Positions 7,710 through 17,887 of a DNA stretch of 61,710 bases are shown here, one piece after another; the first letter of the stretch is position 1, and each line of letters begins with the position of its first letter. Made by a program: the position numbers and the translations under genes. A model generated the notes under the pieces. That model saw only the letters and a program-made list of their open reading frames with translations. It did not search any database and was not told the origin of the DNA. The stretch is from Minisyncoccia bacterium (GTDB lineage: Bacteria; Patescibacteriota; Minisyncoccia; Phycocordibacterales; JAACPR01): NCBI GenBank assembly GCA_041740795.1, contig JBGSLH010000004.1, positions 1-61,710 on the forward strand, given 5' to 3'.

Positions 7710-9137
7710 ATGCAAATTCCACAGAAGAAAACAAAAATAGTCGCGACTATCGGTCCGGCAACAAGTTCGCAGGAACAGCTTGAAAAATTACTCAAGGCAG
7801 GACTCAATGTGATGCGAATGAACTTCTCTCATGGTGACTTTGCAGAACACCAGGAAAAGGTAGACAACGGAAAGAAGGCCTCACTCAAGACAGGACTTCC
7901 TTTGGCATATCTTCAGGACCTTGGGGGGCCAAAGATCCGAATCGGAGAATTTGCAACTGAGTCAGGACGAGTGATGATCAAGAAAGGACAGACTTTTACT
8001 CTCACAACAAAACTCATTAAAGGTGATGACACTATCGTGTACGTAAACTACAAGAAGCTTCCTCAGGAAATCAAAGTAGGTCATACCGTAATGCTTGACG
8101 ACGGTAAGAAGCGAATGACTGTCACAAAGGTGAAAGGTGAAGAAATTACATGTAAGGTAGATGTAGGAGGAGAACTCAAAGGACGAAGAGGAGTGAACCT
8201 TCCTGATACCGACATTTCAATGAGCTCACTTACACCAAAGGACAAGAAGGATCTTGAATTCGGTCTCAAGAACAACGTGGACTTTTTCGCACTTTCTTTT
8301 GTGAGACGACCCAAGGATATTCTCGATCTCCGAAAGATTCTAGATGCTGCAAAATCAAAGGCACATATCATCTCCAAAATCGAAACTCCACAAGCTGTAG
8401 AGAATATTGACGAGATTATCAAGATTTCGGATGGAATCATGGTGGCCCGAGGAGATCTTGCTGTTGAAGTTCCTGCAGAAAAAGTGCCCCTTATCCAAAA
8501 GATGCTGATCAGGAAATGTAATGAAGCAGGAAAGCCAGTTATTACGGCAACTCAAATGCTCGAATCAATGATCAATTCTCCGGTTCCTACGCGAGCCGAG
8601 GTGTCAGACGTTGCGAACGCGATCTTGGATGGAACGGACGCAATCATGCTTTCTGAAGAAACAACTCTCGGACAATTCCCGATCGAGGCCGTTGAACTCA
8701 TGACACGAGTTGCAGAACACGTTGAGGAAGATTATGTAAAGGAAATATTCTTCAAGGATCATGTTCGAGAAAAAACTACAGTTGCTGATGCGATGACACT
8801 TGCAACTGTTAAAAATGCAATGAAACTTGATGCGAAGTTCATCATTTCAATCACGAAGACAGGATACAATGCGCGAGTACTTTCACGACACAAGCCAACA
8901 ACTCCAGTTATCGTACTGACTCCAAGCGAGACTACATTTCAACAACTACAACTCAGCTGGGGATGTTACCCAATCCTTATTGATTCTTACAAATCAGTGA
9001 AGGATACGAGTGAGATAATTCGAAACGTCCTCATTAAAGACAAACTTGCAAAGAAGGGAGATCGAGTGATTGTCTCTACTTCAATGCCTTTTGGAGAAAC
9101 CCACGAACCGAACCTGATGTTCGTTGAAACTATCTAG
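7710..9137 (+). CDS. pyk: Pyruvate kinase
   Basis: KTKIVATIGP, RMNFSHG, DLGGPKIR, SKIET, MVARGDL, TATQMLESM, PTRAEVSD. Confidence 0.98.
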   Translation: MQIPQKKTKIVATIGPATSSQEQLEKLLKAGLNVMRMNFSHGDFAEHQEKVDNGKKASLKTGLPLAYLQDLGGPKIRIGEFATESGRVMIKKGQTFTLTTKLIKGDDTIVYVNYKKLPQEIKVGHTVMLDDGKKRMTVTKVKGEEITCKVDVGGELKGRRGVNLPDTDISMSSLTPKDKKDLEFGLKNNVDFFALSFVRRPKDILDLRKILDAAKSKAHIISKIETPQAVENIDEIIKISDGIMVARGDLAVEVPAEKVPLIQKMLIRKCNEAGKPVITATQMLESMINSPVPTRAEVSDVANAILDGTDAIMLSEETTLGQFPIEAVELMTRVAEHVEEDYVKEIFFKDHVREKTTVADAMTLATVKNAMKLDAKFIISITKTGYNARVLSRHKPTTPVIVLTPSETTFQQLQLSWGCYPILIDSYKSVKDTSEIIRNVLIKDKLAKKGDRVIVSTSMPFGETHEPNLMFVETI

Positions 9138-9155
9138 TTAGTTTTTAGAAAAAGA

Positions 9156-9190
9156 AAAAGCCGCTGATGCGAAACGCATTAGCGGCTTTT
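9156..9190. terminator. Bidirectional terminator
   Basis: AAAAGCCGCTGATGC-GAAAC-GCATTAGCGGCTTTT between convergent genes. Confidence 0.75.
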
Positions 9191-9196
9191 GTTTGG

Positions 9197-9649
9197 TCAG
9201 TCGCGCCTTTTCAAAAGGAACGGCCATGCATGCCACCAGTGCACTTTTCTGTTGAGGGTATGGAGACGTGCATTGAAAATCAGACGTTTGTCTCGTTCTG
9301 TAACACAGCTAAGTTCGCATACTGTTGCATAGAAGTTTTTGTCTCCAGATTCTGCATAGAGCTTTACGAAGATACTGATGAGCTGTTTACGATATGGCCA
9401 GGTTTCCCCAACTCGCAATCGTTTAAGATATGCAATCTGGGCTTGCTCGGCAACGGTGATAAGGATTCTTGAGTCGAAATTTCCCTTACGGGCGAGATCG
9501 AACATTCTGGTTGGAACTTTCTCCTGACGTCGAAGACAGAGAATGATCGCCTGTACTTTTCGTTCAGCAGGATCTTCTCGAGGAATATTTCCTGATATGC
9601 TGCGAAAAAGCAAAGAGCGATTGGTGGGCTTTTGGAATGTGAGGGACAT
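9197..9649 (-). CDS. Hypothetical protein
   Basis: 150-aa ORF filling the gap between pyk terminator and rsmI; no recognised motif. Confidence 0.55.
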   Translation of the reverse strand: MSLTFQKPTNRSLLFRSISGNIPREDPAERKVQAIILCLRRQEKVPTRMFDLARKGNFDSRILITVAEQAQIAYLKRLRVGETWPYRKQLISIFVKLYAESGDKNFYATVCELSCVTERDKRLIFNARLHTLNRKVHWWHAWPFLLKRRD

Positions 9650-9682
9650 GTGTTTATGCAGATAATATGATAGATTAGGCGT

Positions 9683-10354
9683 ATGTCAAATCTATACGTA
9701 GTCGCAACTCCCATAGGGAACCTCAAAGATATCACTTTGCGGGCACTCGAAATTCTCAAGCATGCAGATATTATCCTCTGTGAAGACACTCGGACGACCA
9801 AAAAACTCCTCTTTGCATATCAGATTTCTGCCAAGTGCATCGCCTTCCACAAGTTCAGTACGGATAGGGAAATCGAATCCATCCTCAATCTTTTTGAAAC
9901 ATACGAGCATGTCGCGCTTGTGAGTGATGCAGGAACTCCAGCTATCAGTGATCCTGGATCGCTTTTGATAAAGCTCGTCCGAGAACAGAAGCCAGAAGTT
10001 TCGATCCAGGGAATCGCCGGTGCGAGTGCTATAACGACTGCTATTTCTATCTCAGGACTACCAATGGCACAGTTCACCTTTATGGGATTTCTTCCACACA
10101 AGAAGGGGAGACAGAAAAAGCTGGATGAGGCGCTCACCTACGGACACTCAGTTATCTTTTACGAGTCGACACATCGCATCCTCAAACTTCTCGAAGAGAT
10201 CGAAACAAGACAGCCTGAACGTCGAATCCTGATTTGCAAAGAACTGACCAAGATGCATGAGCGGGTACTGTCTGGAACAGCGAGAGAACTTTTGACCCAG
10301 ATCGAGCTTGATCCATCTTTACAAAAAGGAGAATTTGTTTTGATTTGCGAATAA
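9683..10354 (+). CDS. rsmI: 16S rRNA C1402 2'-O-methyltransferase
   Basis: LYVVATPIGNLKDITLRA, CEDTR, VSDAGTPAISDPG, FYESTHR, KELTKMHE, KGEFVL. Confidence 0.97.
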   Translation: MSNLYVVATPIGNLKDITLRALEILKHADIILCEDTRTTKKLLFAYQISAKCIAFHKFSTDREIESILNLFETYEHVALVSDAGTPAISDPGSLLIKLVREQKPEVSIQGIAGASAITTAISISGLPMAQFTFMGFLPHKKGRQKKLDEALTYGHSVIFYESTHRILKLLEEIETRQPERRILICKELTKMHERVLSGTARELLTQIELDPSLQKGEFVLICE

Positions 10355-10390
10355 TTTTGGATTAGTAAACCTTTCATTTATAATACGAAT

Positions 10391-10738
10391 ATGAAAGTGT
10401 ATAAATTCATCTTTATCGTAGGTTTTCTTAATCTCAGTATTCCATTTTTTGGTATTCCATTCGTCTACAAGAATTATGCAGTGATCACTCTTGCTATCAT
10501 CACTCTCGGATATGCACTTATCGTTCGAGCAGTGGAGAAGGAGCGTCAGAATCACATGGTACAGACCAAGACAACTCCTGCTGTAGAAAATAGTGAATCA
10601 AAAATTCCTGTTCACCGCAAAAAGATAGAGGATGTTGTCGAGATGGTAGAACAGAAGGATCGCATAATAATCACTGATATTACACCCAAGAGACGGGCAC
10701 GCAAGCCAAAAGTAGTACACGAAGACGTTTATGAATAA
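10391..10738 (+). CDS. Hypothetical two-TM membrane protein
   Basis: Two N-terminal hydrophobic helices and charged tail; stop overlaps next ATG. Confidence 0.75.
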   Translation: MKVYKFIFIVGFLNLSIPFFGIPFVYKNYAVITLAIITLGYALIVRAVEKERQNHMVQTKTTPAVENSESKIPVHRKKIEDVVEMVEQKDRIIITDITPKRRARKPKVVHEDVYE

Positions 10739-11918
10739 AAAAATAATCCTCACAATTGTAGGTGTTGCACTAGTTGGACTCTACATATTACTGCAGTCGA
10801 CTATGGCTTCGACAAGCTACGTTCCAAAGTCAGTGCAGGATCAGTTAGCACAAGCCAAGGACAAAGTCGAAGAAAAACTCATGCCGCAATCTGCCCATGT
10901 CAAAACACCTCAGCCTCTCAAGTCTCTCTATATGACCGCGTGCGTTCTCAGTACTGTCGAGTTCAAAAAAGAAGTCGTCGATGTGATTGATACAACTGAG
11001 GTCAATGCAATCATTATTGATATCAAAGATTTCAGTGGGACGATTTCTTTTCCTTCTGACAATCCCAAACTTTTTGGAACTCAAGGAACTGGCTGTAAGG
11101 CGACTGGCGTAAAGGAATTTATAGAAGAATTACACAAAAAAAATATCTACGTGATCGGACGTGTGAGCGTATTCCAAGATAATGTGATGACCAAACTCAG
11201 ACCAGATCTTGCAGTGAAGCGAGCCAGTGATGGAGGAACATGGAAGGATCATAAAGGAATCAGCTTCATCGACGTGGGGGCAAAGGAACACTGGGACTAC
11301 ATCGTTGAACTTTCAAAAGAATCGTACGCACTCGGCTTCGATGAGATTAACTTTGACTATATCCGGTATCCTTCTGACGGTAATATGAAGGACATTGCGT
11401 TCAGTCACAGTGATGGCAACAACAAGCCCGAAAGCCTCAAGAAATTCTTCGTGTATCTCCATGATCAGTTAAAGGATACAGGACTCGTGACCTCGGCCGA
11501 TCTCTTTGGAATGACCACAACCAATCGTGATGATTTGAACATTGGTCAGGTCTTAGAGAATGCGCTACCATATTTTGATTATATAGCTCCTATGGTGTAT
11601 CCTTCACATTACCCAAACGGGTTCAATGGTTGGTCTAACCCCAACAATTATCCATATGAATTAGTATACTTTGTGATGAAGTCTGGAGCGGATCGAGCCG
11701 AAGCGCTTAAAAATGCTACTTCAACTCCTTCGGATATTGCAAAACGCGTAGGTAAACATCAACTTCGAACATGGATACAAGACTTTGATTATGGTGGAGA
11801 TTATGGTCCAGCTGAGGTTCGGGCACAAATTAACGCTTCTGTAGATGCAGGAGTCGATTCATGGATGCTCTGGGCACCGAGCAATAGGTATACGGTGGGG
11901 GCGTTGAAGAGTGAGTAA
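10731..11918 (+). CDS. Membrane-anchored putative glycoside hydrolase (DUF4015-like TIM barrel)
   Basis: N-terminal TM; NAIIIDIKD, GFDEINFDYIRYP, SADLFG, IAPMVYPSHY, LRTWIQDF. Confidence 0.8.
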   Translation: MNKKIILTIVGVALVGLYILLQSTMASTSYVPKSVQDQLAQAKDKVEEKLMPQSAHVKTPQPLKSLYMTACVLSTVEFKKEVVDVIDTTEVNAIIIDIKDFSGTISFPSDNPKLFGTQGTGCKATGVKEFIEELHKKNIYVIGRVSVFQDNVMTKLRPDLAVKRASDGGTWKDHKGISFIDVGAKEHWDYIVELSKESYALGFDEINFDYIRYPSDGNMKDIAFSHSDGNNKPESLKKFFVYLHDQLKDTGLVTSADLFGMTTTNRDDLNIGQVLENALPYFDYIAPMVYPSHYPNGFNGWSNPNNYPYELVYFVMKSGADRAEALKNATSTPSDIAKRVGKHQLRTWIQDFDYGGDYGPAEVRAQINASVDAGVDSWMLWAPSNRYTVGALKSE

Positions 11919-11920
11919 AT

Positions 11921-13663
11921 ATGAAGAAAAACATACAAATAATTAAAAAATCATTATTATATTTTCGTCCATTCAAGTGGGCGATAATTGTTATTTTTAT
12001 ATTAGGTTTTATTCAGAATAGTTTAATTAATTCTTCAAGTTATGTTTTGGGAAAAGTTGTAGATGCTTTTAATTCAGTAGATCAATATAATCTTTTACTA
12101 TATGTGATTGGGTATATTTTGCTTCTTGTAATGCCTTTGATGCTTAAGCGATTAATAAATATCTATGACATTAAACATGTAGATTTTGATATGTTCAATC
12201 ATATTCAAGGAACAACACTTTTTAAATCCCTCGGATTGTCTCTTGGACAATTAAGGAGAGAGCACAGTGGTTTTAAACAAGATGTTTTGAAAAGTGGAGA
12301 AAATAGTCTGGATTATTTATATTTCATTATTCAAGAAGAAATTTTACCAGCAATATCTTCATTTATAGTTGCACTTGTTGGTTTGTATTTTGTAGGGATA
12401 GAATTTTTTCTTACTGCTATTTTATTTTCTATTATTTATTATACCCATGGTACATATGTAAATGCTGGAATTAAAAAACCATTAAGGGTTCAAATAGAGA
12501 AACGAGGCGAACGAAATAAGGTGTACGTTGATATCTTAAGAAGTTTGTTTTTTATAAAATTTTCTAATCAAAGAGAAACAGCGACAAAACATTTGAATGT
12601 GGTTCAAGATGATTTTAGAAATCATGGTGTAGATATTTGGACTGATTATCATAAAAAAATGTTAATCTCAGATTTTTTACTTATAAGCTATTATGTAATT
12701 TTTGTATATTTTGTATATATGGGATTACAAAAAGGAGATATTAGTGCAGGTTTATTAATTCCGACTTTTGCATGGATGGTTATGTTTGCAAATGCTGTAT
12801 CTCGAGTTAGAAATATGCAGCGACGAATTGCAATTGCGATATCTGATCTTGAAAAGATGTTTGAAATGCTTGAACAAAAAACAGATTTGGAAATATGTGA
12901 AAATCCTAGATCTATTAACGTATTTGAAAATGAAATTTCTTTTGAATCAGTAGGATTTGATTATAAAGATGGTAAAAAAGATGCACTTATATCAATAAAT
13001 TTTAATATTAAAAAGGGGGAGAAGGTTGCACTTGTTGGACGGTCAGGATCCGGAAAAACGACAATAATTTCTTTACTACTTCGGCTTTATGATCCAGCAC
13101 AAGGAAGCATTTTGATTGACGGAGTTGATCTGAAAGCGCTTGAATTGGGTGATTGGCACAATATGATTGCATACGTACCACAAGACAGTGATCTCCTTGA
13201 TATTTCAATCAAGGATAATATTATCTTCGGTGCAAGACATAAAGTTACAGATGCAGAAATTGAGTCTGTTCTAGAAAAGGCAGGTATAAAAGAATTCATT
13301 CATAATCTTCCTCAAGGAATTGACACTCTAGTAGGTGAACGTGGTGTCAAACTCTCTGGTGGACAAAAACAACGAGTTTGCATTGCGCGAGCTCTCATCA
13401 AGGACGCACCAATTCTACTTCTCGATGAGGCAACCTCAAGTCTCGACAGCGAGACAGAAAGTGTCGTGAATAAAGCTATCTGGGATATGCTTGGAGATAA
13501 GACTGGGGTAGTAATTGCTCATCGGTTGAGCACCATCCTCGATGCTGATAAGATTATTGTAATGGATCACGGAGAGATTGTTGGAATTGGAACACATAAA
13601 CAGCTGCTCAAGTCGACTCCGTATTACAAGAAATTGGTTGATGCTCAGAATGTAAATTTATAA
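11921..13663 (+). CDS. ABC exporter, fused permease/ATPase
   Basis: TM domain plus GRSGSGKT, LSGGQKQR, LLDEATS, IAHRLST. Confidence 0.95.
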   Translation: MKKNIQIIKKSLLYFRPFKWAIIVIFILGFIQNSLINSSSYVLGKVVDAFNSVDQYNLLLYVIGYILLLVMPLMLKRLINIYDIKHVDFDMFNHIQGTTLFKSLGLSLGQLRREHSGFKQDVLKSGENSLDYLYFIIQEEILPAISSFIVALVGLYFVGIEFFLTAILFSIIYYTHGTYVNAGIKKPLRVQIEKRGERNKVYVDILRSLFFIKFSNQRETATKHLNVVQDDFRNHGVDIWTDYHKKMLISDFLLISYYVIFVYFVYMGLQKGDISAGLLIPTFAWMVMFANAVSRVRNMQRRIAIAISDLEKMFEMLEQKTDLEICENPRSINVFENEISFESVGFDYKDGKKDALISINFNIKKGEKVALVGRSGSGKTTIISLLLRLYDPAQGSILIDGVDLKALELGDWHNMIAYVPQDSDLLDISIKDNIIFGARHKVTDAEIESVLEKAGIKEFIHNLPQGIDTLVGERGVKLSGGQKQRVCIARALIKDAPILLLDEATSSLDSETESVVNKAIWDMLGDKTGVVIAHRLSTILDADKIIVMDHGEIVGIGTHKQLLKSTPYYKKLVDAQNVNL

Positions 13664-13702
13664 AAAACTCGCTGAAATCCCTGATTCGGACTTTTTATTA
13701 AT

Positions 13703-13792
13703 AAAGAAAGCCGTAGCAAAATTGTACGGCTTTCTTTCATATTCACCCTGATATCACTCAGGGATCGGTGGGTAACCCCAAAGATATGTAAC
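13703..13792 (-). ncRNA. Candidate small RNA 3, convergent on the ABC transporter terminator
   Basis: Minus-strand TTGACA(13827-13822)-17-TATACT(13804-13799); hairpins GGG-GTTA-CCC and CCCTGA-GTGATA-TCAGGG; ends in bidirectional terminator 13703-13737. Confidence 0.5.
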
Positions 13793-13871
13793 TCATTAAG
13801 TATAAGTTTCGAAGTATTTTATGTCAATCTGGTACTTTAGAATTGATTTATGTTAAAATAAGCCTTTAATT

Positions 13872-15143
13872 ATGATCCCATACACCCACATACACTTCAT
13901 CGGAATGGGAGGAATCGGCATGTCAGCACTTGCACGGATGTGTCTTGCTCATGGTATCAAAGTCTCAGGATCCGACAGTGCTGAGTCGCAGATTCTCAAG
14001 GATTTGGAAAAGGAAGGCGCTGTTATCCATATTTCTCATGCAAAAGAGCATATAACAAATTTGGTCGATTGTGTCGTGTACACGCTCGCGATCGATAATC
14101 TTAATGATGAACTTGTGGAGGCACGTCTGAGAGAACTTCCACTTTTTACCTATGCACAAATGCTCGGAGTTGTTTCAAAGGATATGTACACGATTGCGAT
14201 TGCAGGAACGCATGGCAAGACTACGACGACTGCGATGGTTGCCGATGTTTTTTTGAAAAATGAAAAGAAACCGCACGTGATCGTGGGAAGTCTCTTGGCT
14301 CAGACGGGGTCGAACTATATTTTTGGAGAAGAGGAGATTTTTATTGTTGAAGCCTGCGAATACAAGAGATCATTTTTGAATATCAATCCGAACGTCGTGC
14401 TCATCACGAATCTCGAAGAAGACCATCTCGACTACTACAAGGATCTTGCAGATATTCAGGATGCATTTAGAACTCTTGTACAGAAAGTTCCTGTTACTGG
14501 ATATGTAATTTGTGATAGTGAAGATCCTAAAATAAAACCTGTCTTGGAAGATTGTAAAGCGCGAATTATAGATTACAAAAAATATATTCCTGAAGTTCCT
14601 AAATTATATGTATTAGGTGATCACAATATTTTGAATGCGGCACTCGTACTTGCACTGGCCGATGTTATTGAATTTGAAAAAGAAAAAACAAATCGAGCAC
14701 TCGCGGAGTTTAAAGGGACATGGAGACGACTTGAGTTCAAGCAAGAACTCGGCAGCCTGAAGATCTATGATGATTATGCTCATCACCCAACTGAGATACG
14801 AGCAGGAATTTCTGCTTTTAAAAAAAGATTTCCAGACTTACCATTGATTGTTATTTTTCAACCACATTTGTACTCTCGAACCAAGGAACACTTCGATGAT
14901 TTTGTTGAAGTACTGTCGCAGGCGGACTCTGTCGCGCTTCTTCCTATTTATGCTGCGAGAGAACCATACGATGATTCGATAAATTCAACTATGCTTATGG
15001 AAGCACTGCAAAAAAGCGGAATTCGAGTTGAATACTGCGAAGATCTGAATTGTGCCACCAGGTACATTCTCGATCATAAAGATATAGAAGGGATTGTGGT
15101 GACGATGGGAGCAGGGGATGTGTGCAAGGCGATTGATTTCTAG
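13872..15143 (+). CDS. murC: UDP-N-acetylmuramate--L-alanine ligase
   Basis: HFIGMGGIGMSALA, IAGTHGKTTT, VEACEY, DHLD, DDYAHHPTEI, FQPH. Confidence 0.96.
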   Translation: MIPYTHIHFIGMGGIGMSALARMCLAHGIKVSGSDSAESQILKDLEKEGAVIHISHAKEHITNLVDCVVYTLAIDNLNDELVEARLRELPLFTYAQMLGVVSKDMYTIAIAGTHGKTTTTAMVADVFLKNEKKPHVIVGSLLAQTGSNYIFGEEEIFIVEACEYKRSFLNINPNVVLITNLEEDHLDYYKDLADIQDAFRTLVQKVPVTGYVICDSEDPKIKPVLEDCKARIIDYKKYIPEVPKLYVLGDHNILNAALVLALADVIEFEKEKTNRALAEFKGTWRRLEFKQELGSLKIYDDYAHHPTEIRAGISAFKKRFPDLPLIVIFQPHLYSRTKEHFDDFVEVLSQADSVALLPIYAAREPYDDSINSTMLMEALQKSGIRVEYCEDLNCATRYILDHKDIEGIVVTMGAGDVCKAIDF

Positions 15144-15209
15144 GAGTGAGATTTTTGACAATTTGAATATTTGTGGCAATATCAGGAAGAAATACAAATT
15201 CCTGTTCTT

Positions 15210-15770
15210 ATGAAAAAAATACCACACTATGCATCGCTTTCAATCATTGGTCGTCAGCCTCCATTAAGTGATGATCATCGACAACGAAAGACTGAGAGAC
15301 TGATTTATGATGGAAGTCAGCCCGTCGCCGGATGGCTAAGGTTGACACCTGTCCCTTCTCTGATTATCGATCCAATAACTCTCATTGAAGCAGCTCAACA
15401 ACCATTAATGATAATGATCTCTGATCCAGATGCAGGATCTTTACATTTCTCAAAAGTCCGCGGATCTTTTGCGGTTCTGTTTTTCAAATTCCCACAATTT
15501 TTTGAAACGAATGAACAACTCGGAAAAATGGGGTCAATTTTGGACAGTTATCTCTGTGCAATGTCGCATGAAGCTATTAGAACTGCTTCCCTTACACTGC
15601 TTTCTCAGCACCTTCAATTTTGTAAGAATCAAATGTCAACATCAATGGGGCTTGAAAGTCTGATCGGTTGGAATACAACCGAAGCGATTCTTTTCCGACG
15701 CGGTCAGTATATTCATCATCTGATGGAGCTATACGATTATGTTGTGGATCATGTGAGCGTCTCTGCATGA
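15210..15770 (+). CDS. Hypothetical protein
   Basis: ORF with upstream TTGACA and downstream terminator; start uncertain (GTG 15171 possible). Confidence 0.6.
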   Translation: MKKIPHYASLSIIGRQPPLSDDHRQRKTERLIYDGSQPVAGWLRLTPVPSLIIDPITLIEAAQQPLMIMISDPDAGSLHFSKVRGSFAVLFFKFPQFFETNEQLGKMGSILDSYLCAMSHEAIRTASLTLLSQHLQFCKNQMSTSMGLESLIGWNTTEAILFRRGQYIHHLMELYDYVVDHVSVSA

Positions 15771-15785
15771 CAATTCTTCTGGCTT

Positions 15786-15820
15786 AAGGCCGGCACCGCA
15801 GGTGCCGGCCTTTTTCTTTT
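15786..15820 (+). terminator. Intrinsic terminator
   Basis: AAGGCCGGCACC-GCA-GGTGCCGGCCTTTTT. Confidence 0.8.
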
Positions 15821-15871
15821 TCATATGTTTTTGCTTCCACCTTTCTTCTTTTACTTATATAATACTTTCAA

Positions 15872-17878
15872 ATGAGCAATCCAGACAAAGTAATATATTT
15901 TGCAGAAACTGATGCTCGTAATTCTCGCATCAAGTTCGGAATAAAACAAAAAGACAGGTCACGACATGTGTACGTGATCGGTAAAACTGGTATGGGTAAG
16001 TCTACTTTGCTTGAGAACATGGCTGCGCAGGATATCCAGAGTGGGAACGGAATATGCTTTATGGATCCCCATGGAAAGACCGCAGAACTTCTTCTTGAAT
16101 ATATTCCGAAGGAGCGTACGAATGACGTGCTGTATTTTGCTCCGTTCGATATGGAACATCCAGTTTCTTTCAATATCATGGAAGACGTGGGATATGACAA
16201 GCGTCACCTCGTGGTGTCTGGATTAATGAGTGCATTCAAAAAGATCTGGAAGGATGCATGGTCTGCTCGAATGGAATACATTCTTTCAAATACACTTTTT
16301 GCTCTGCTCGAATATCCTGATGCAACGCTTCTTTCGGTGAATCGAATGCTTTCGGACAAGGCCTTCCGAAAAAAGGTGGTAGATAATATCAAAGATACCG
16401 CAGTAAAATCTTTTTGGGTAGATGAATTCGCAAACTATACAGAGCGTATGGCAGCCGAAGCAGTGCCTGCGATCCAGAACAAAGTGGGACAGTTCACTTC
16501 TAATCCTCTTATCCGAAACATCATCGGGCAGCCGAAGTCGAGTTTTGACCTGCGGGAAATGATGGACAACAAAAAAATAATCATTGTAAACCTTTCAAAG
16601 GGAAGGATGGGAGAGTCGAACGCACAGCTTCTCGGATCACTTCTTGTGACCAAGATCTATCTTGCTGCCATGAGTCGAGCCGATGCAGGTCCGCATGAGA
16701 TCGACTTGCTCCCGGACTTCTCACTTTTTGTCGATGAGTTCCAGTCTTTTGCCAATGAATCTTTTGCGGATATTCTTTCTGAAGCGCGTAAGTATAAATT
16801 AAATCTACACATCGCCCACCAGTATGTCGAACAGATGCCTGAAGAAGTACGTGCTGCTGTGTTTGGTAACGTCGGCACACTTGTGACGTTCAGAGTCGGT
16901 TCTGCAGACGCTGAACTTTTTGAAAAAGAATTCGCTCCAACCTTCATGCAGCAGGACATCGTGAACCTCGGTTTTGCTCAGGTCTATATGCGACTAATGA
17001 TTGATGGGATTGGCTCCAAGCCTTTTTCTGCCTCAACCTTGCCTCCGCTCGCACTTCCTGAGGACAACAGTACTGTTGACGTAGTGGCGGCTTCAAGACG
17101 GCAATTTACGCGTTCTCGAGTCGAAGTGGAGGAACAAGTGAAGGAACTTACCAATATGGGACGTGCAGAAGAGGGTCAACGCTCAGGTGATGGCAACAGA
17201 GGCCAGTCGAGACAGGATTTTGGTCAAAAAAAGGGAGGAGGACAAGGGCAGTATTCGAAGATGTCATCCCGCACGAACTCGCCTGCGACGAGTGAAGATG
17301 CGGGATCTCGTAACAATACACCGAGATCCCGGAATGAATCCGGGATGACATCTCATCAAGTCCGGGATGAGAGACAGACTCACCCTCAATATTCAAGAGA
17401 AGTTGCCATCGACCTGACTCGGCAGGCTCCGCGACATGAACAGCACGGCAAGCCTGCGATTTCCAAAGATAAAGAATACGAACTCAAGAAACAACTTGAA
17501 GAGGCAAAAAAACGTGCGATTGACGAGTCGGCTGACGAACCTGTGGAGGAATTTGTTTCACTCAAATCTATTTCGCAGAAACCGGGACAAAAGGACGTTT
17601 CAAAAGAAAATAAAAATGCGCTCAAAGATGCATTACTCAAAGTCTTGCAGCAAAACGGCGCGCCTGCCCAACCTACTCATGTCGAAATCGTGAACAAGGA
17701 CGTGAAGGAAACTCACACAGAGACGGTGAAGATTGATACAGAGCCTATGCAGAAACGAGAGACGATCCTGCATCCTAAATTGGAAAAGAGGGCAGAGCCT
17801 AGGCGAGAATCCACTGAGCCTATCAAGCCAGGAGAAATTCCTGAGGATGAGTTGAAGAGGTTATTGGAAGTGGAGTAA
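15872..17878 (+). CDS. VirB4/TraD/HerA-like ATPase (type IV secretion DNA-binding/DUF87-like) with long disordered C-tail
   Basis: Walker A GKTGMGKS, DPHG, Walker B LFVDEFQ, ARKY, AVFGNVGT. Confidence 0.88.
   Translation: MSNPDKVIYFAETDARNSRIKFGIKQKDRSRHVYVIGKTGMGKSTLLENMAAQDIQSGNGICFMDPHGKTAELLLEYIPKERTNDVLYFAPFDMEHPVSFNIMEDVGYDKRHLVVSGLMSAFKKIWKDAWSARMEYILSNTLFALLEYPDATLLSVNRMLSDKAFRKKVVDNIKDTAVKSFWVDEFANYTERMAAEAVPAIQNKVGQFTSNPLIRNIIGQPKSSFDLREMMDNKKIIIVNLSKGRMGESNAQLLGSLLVTKIYLAAMSRADAGPHEIDLLPDFSLFVDEFQSFANESFADILSEARKYKLNLHIAHQYVEQMPEEVRAAVFGNVGTLVTFRVGSADAELFEKEFAPTFMQQDIVNLGFAQVYMRLMIDGIGSKPFSASTLPPLALPEDNSTVDVVAASRRQFTRSRVEVEEQVKELTNMGRAEEGQRSGDGNRGQSRQDFGQKKGGGQGQYSKMSSRTNSPATSEDAGSRNNTPRSRNESGMTSHQVRDERQTHPQYSREVAIDLTRQAPRHEQHGKPAISKDKEYELKKQLEEAKKRAIDESADEPVEEFVSLKSISQKPGQKDVSKENKNALKDALLKVLQQNGAPAQPTHVEIVNKDVKETHTETVKIDTEPMQKRETILHPKLEKRAEPRRESTEPIKPGEIPEDELKRLLEVE
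17263..17373 (+). mobile_element. RPE-like palindromic element B1, in-frame in the ATPase, with extra partial right end
   Basis: GTCATCCCGC...GCGGGATCTC-13nt-GAGATCCCGGAATGAATCCGGGATGAC (87 bp) then CATCAAGTCCGGGATGA. Confidence 0.85.
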
Positions 17879-17887
17879 GATTTGGAC

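Noticed and set aside
9167-9801. Plus-strand ORFs 9167-9472 and 9364-9801
   Set aside because: Shadow ORFs overlapping terminator, the minus-strand gene and rsmI
13703-13792. Known riboswitch (TPP, c-di-GMP, THF)
   Set aside because: Core motifs missing and no downstream gene on that strand
15872-17878. Conjugative element/ICE
   Set aside because: No relaxase, integrase, VirB components or att sites nearby
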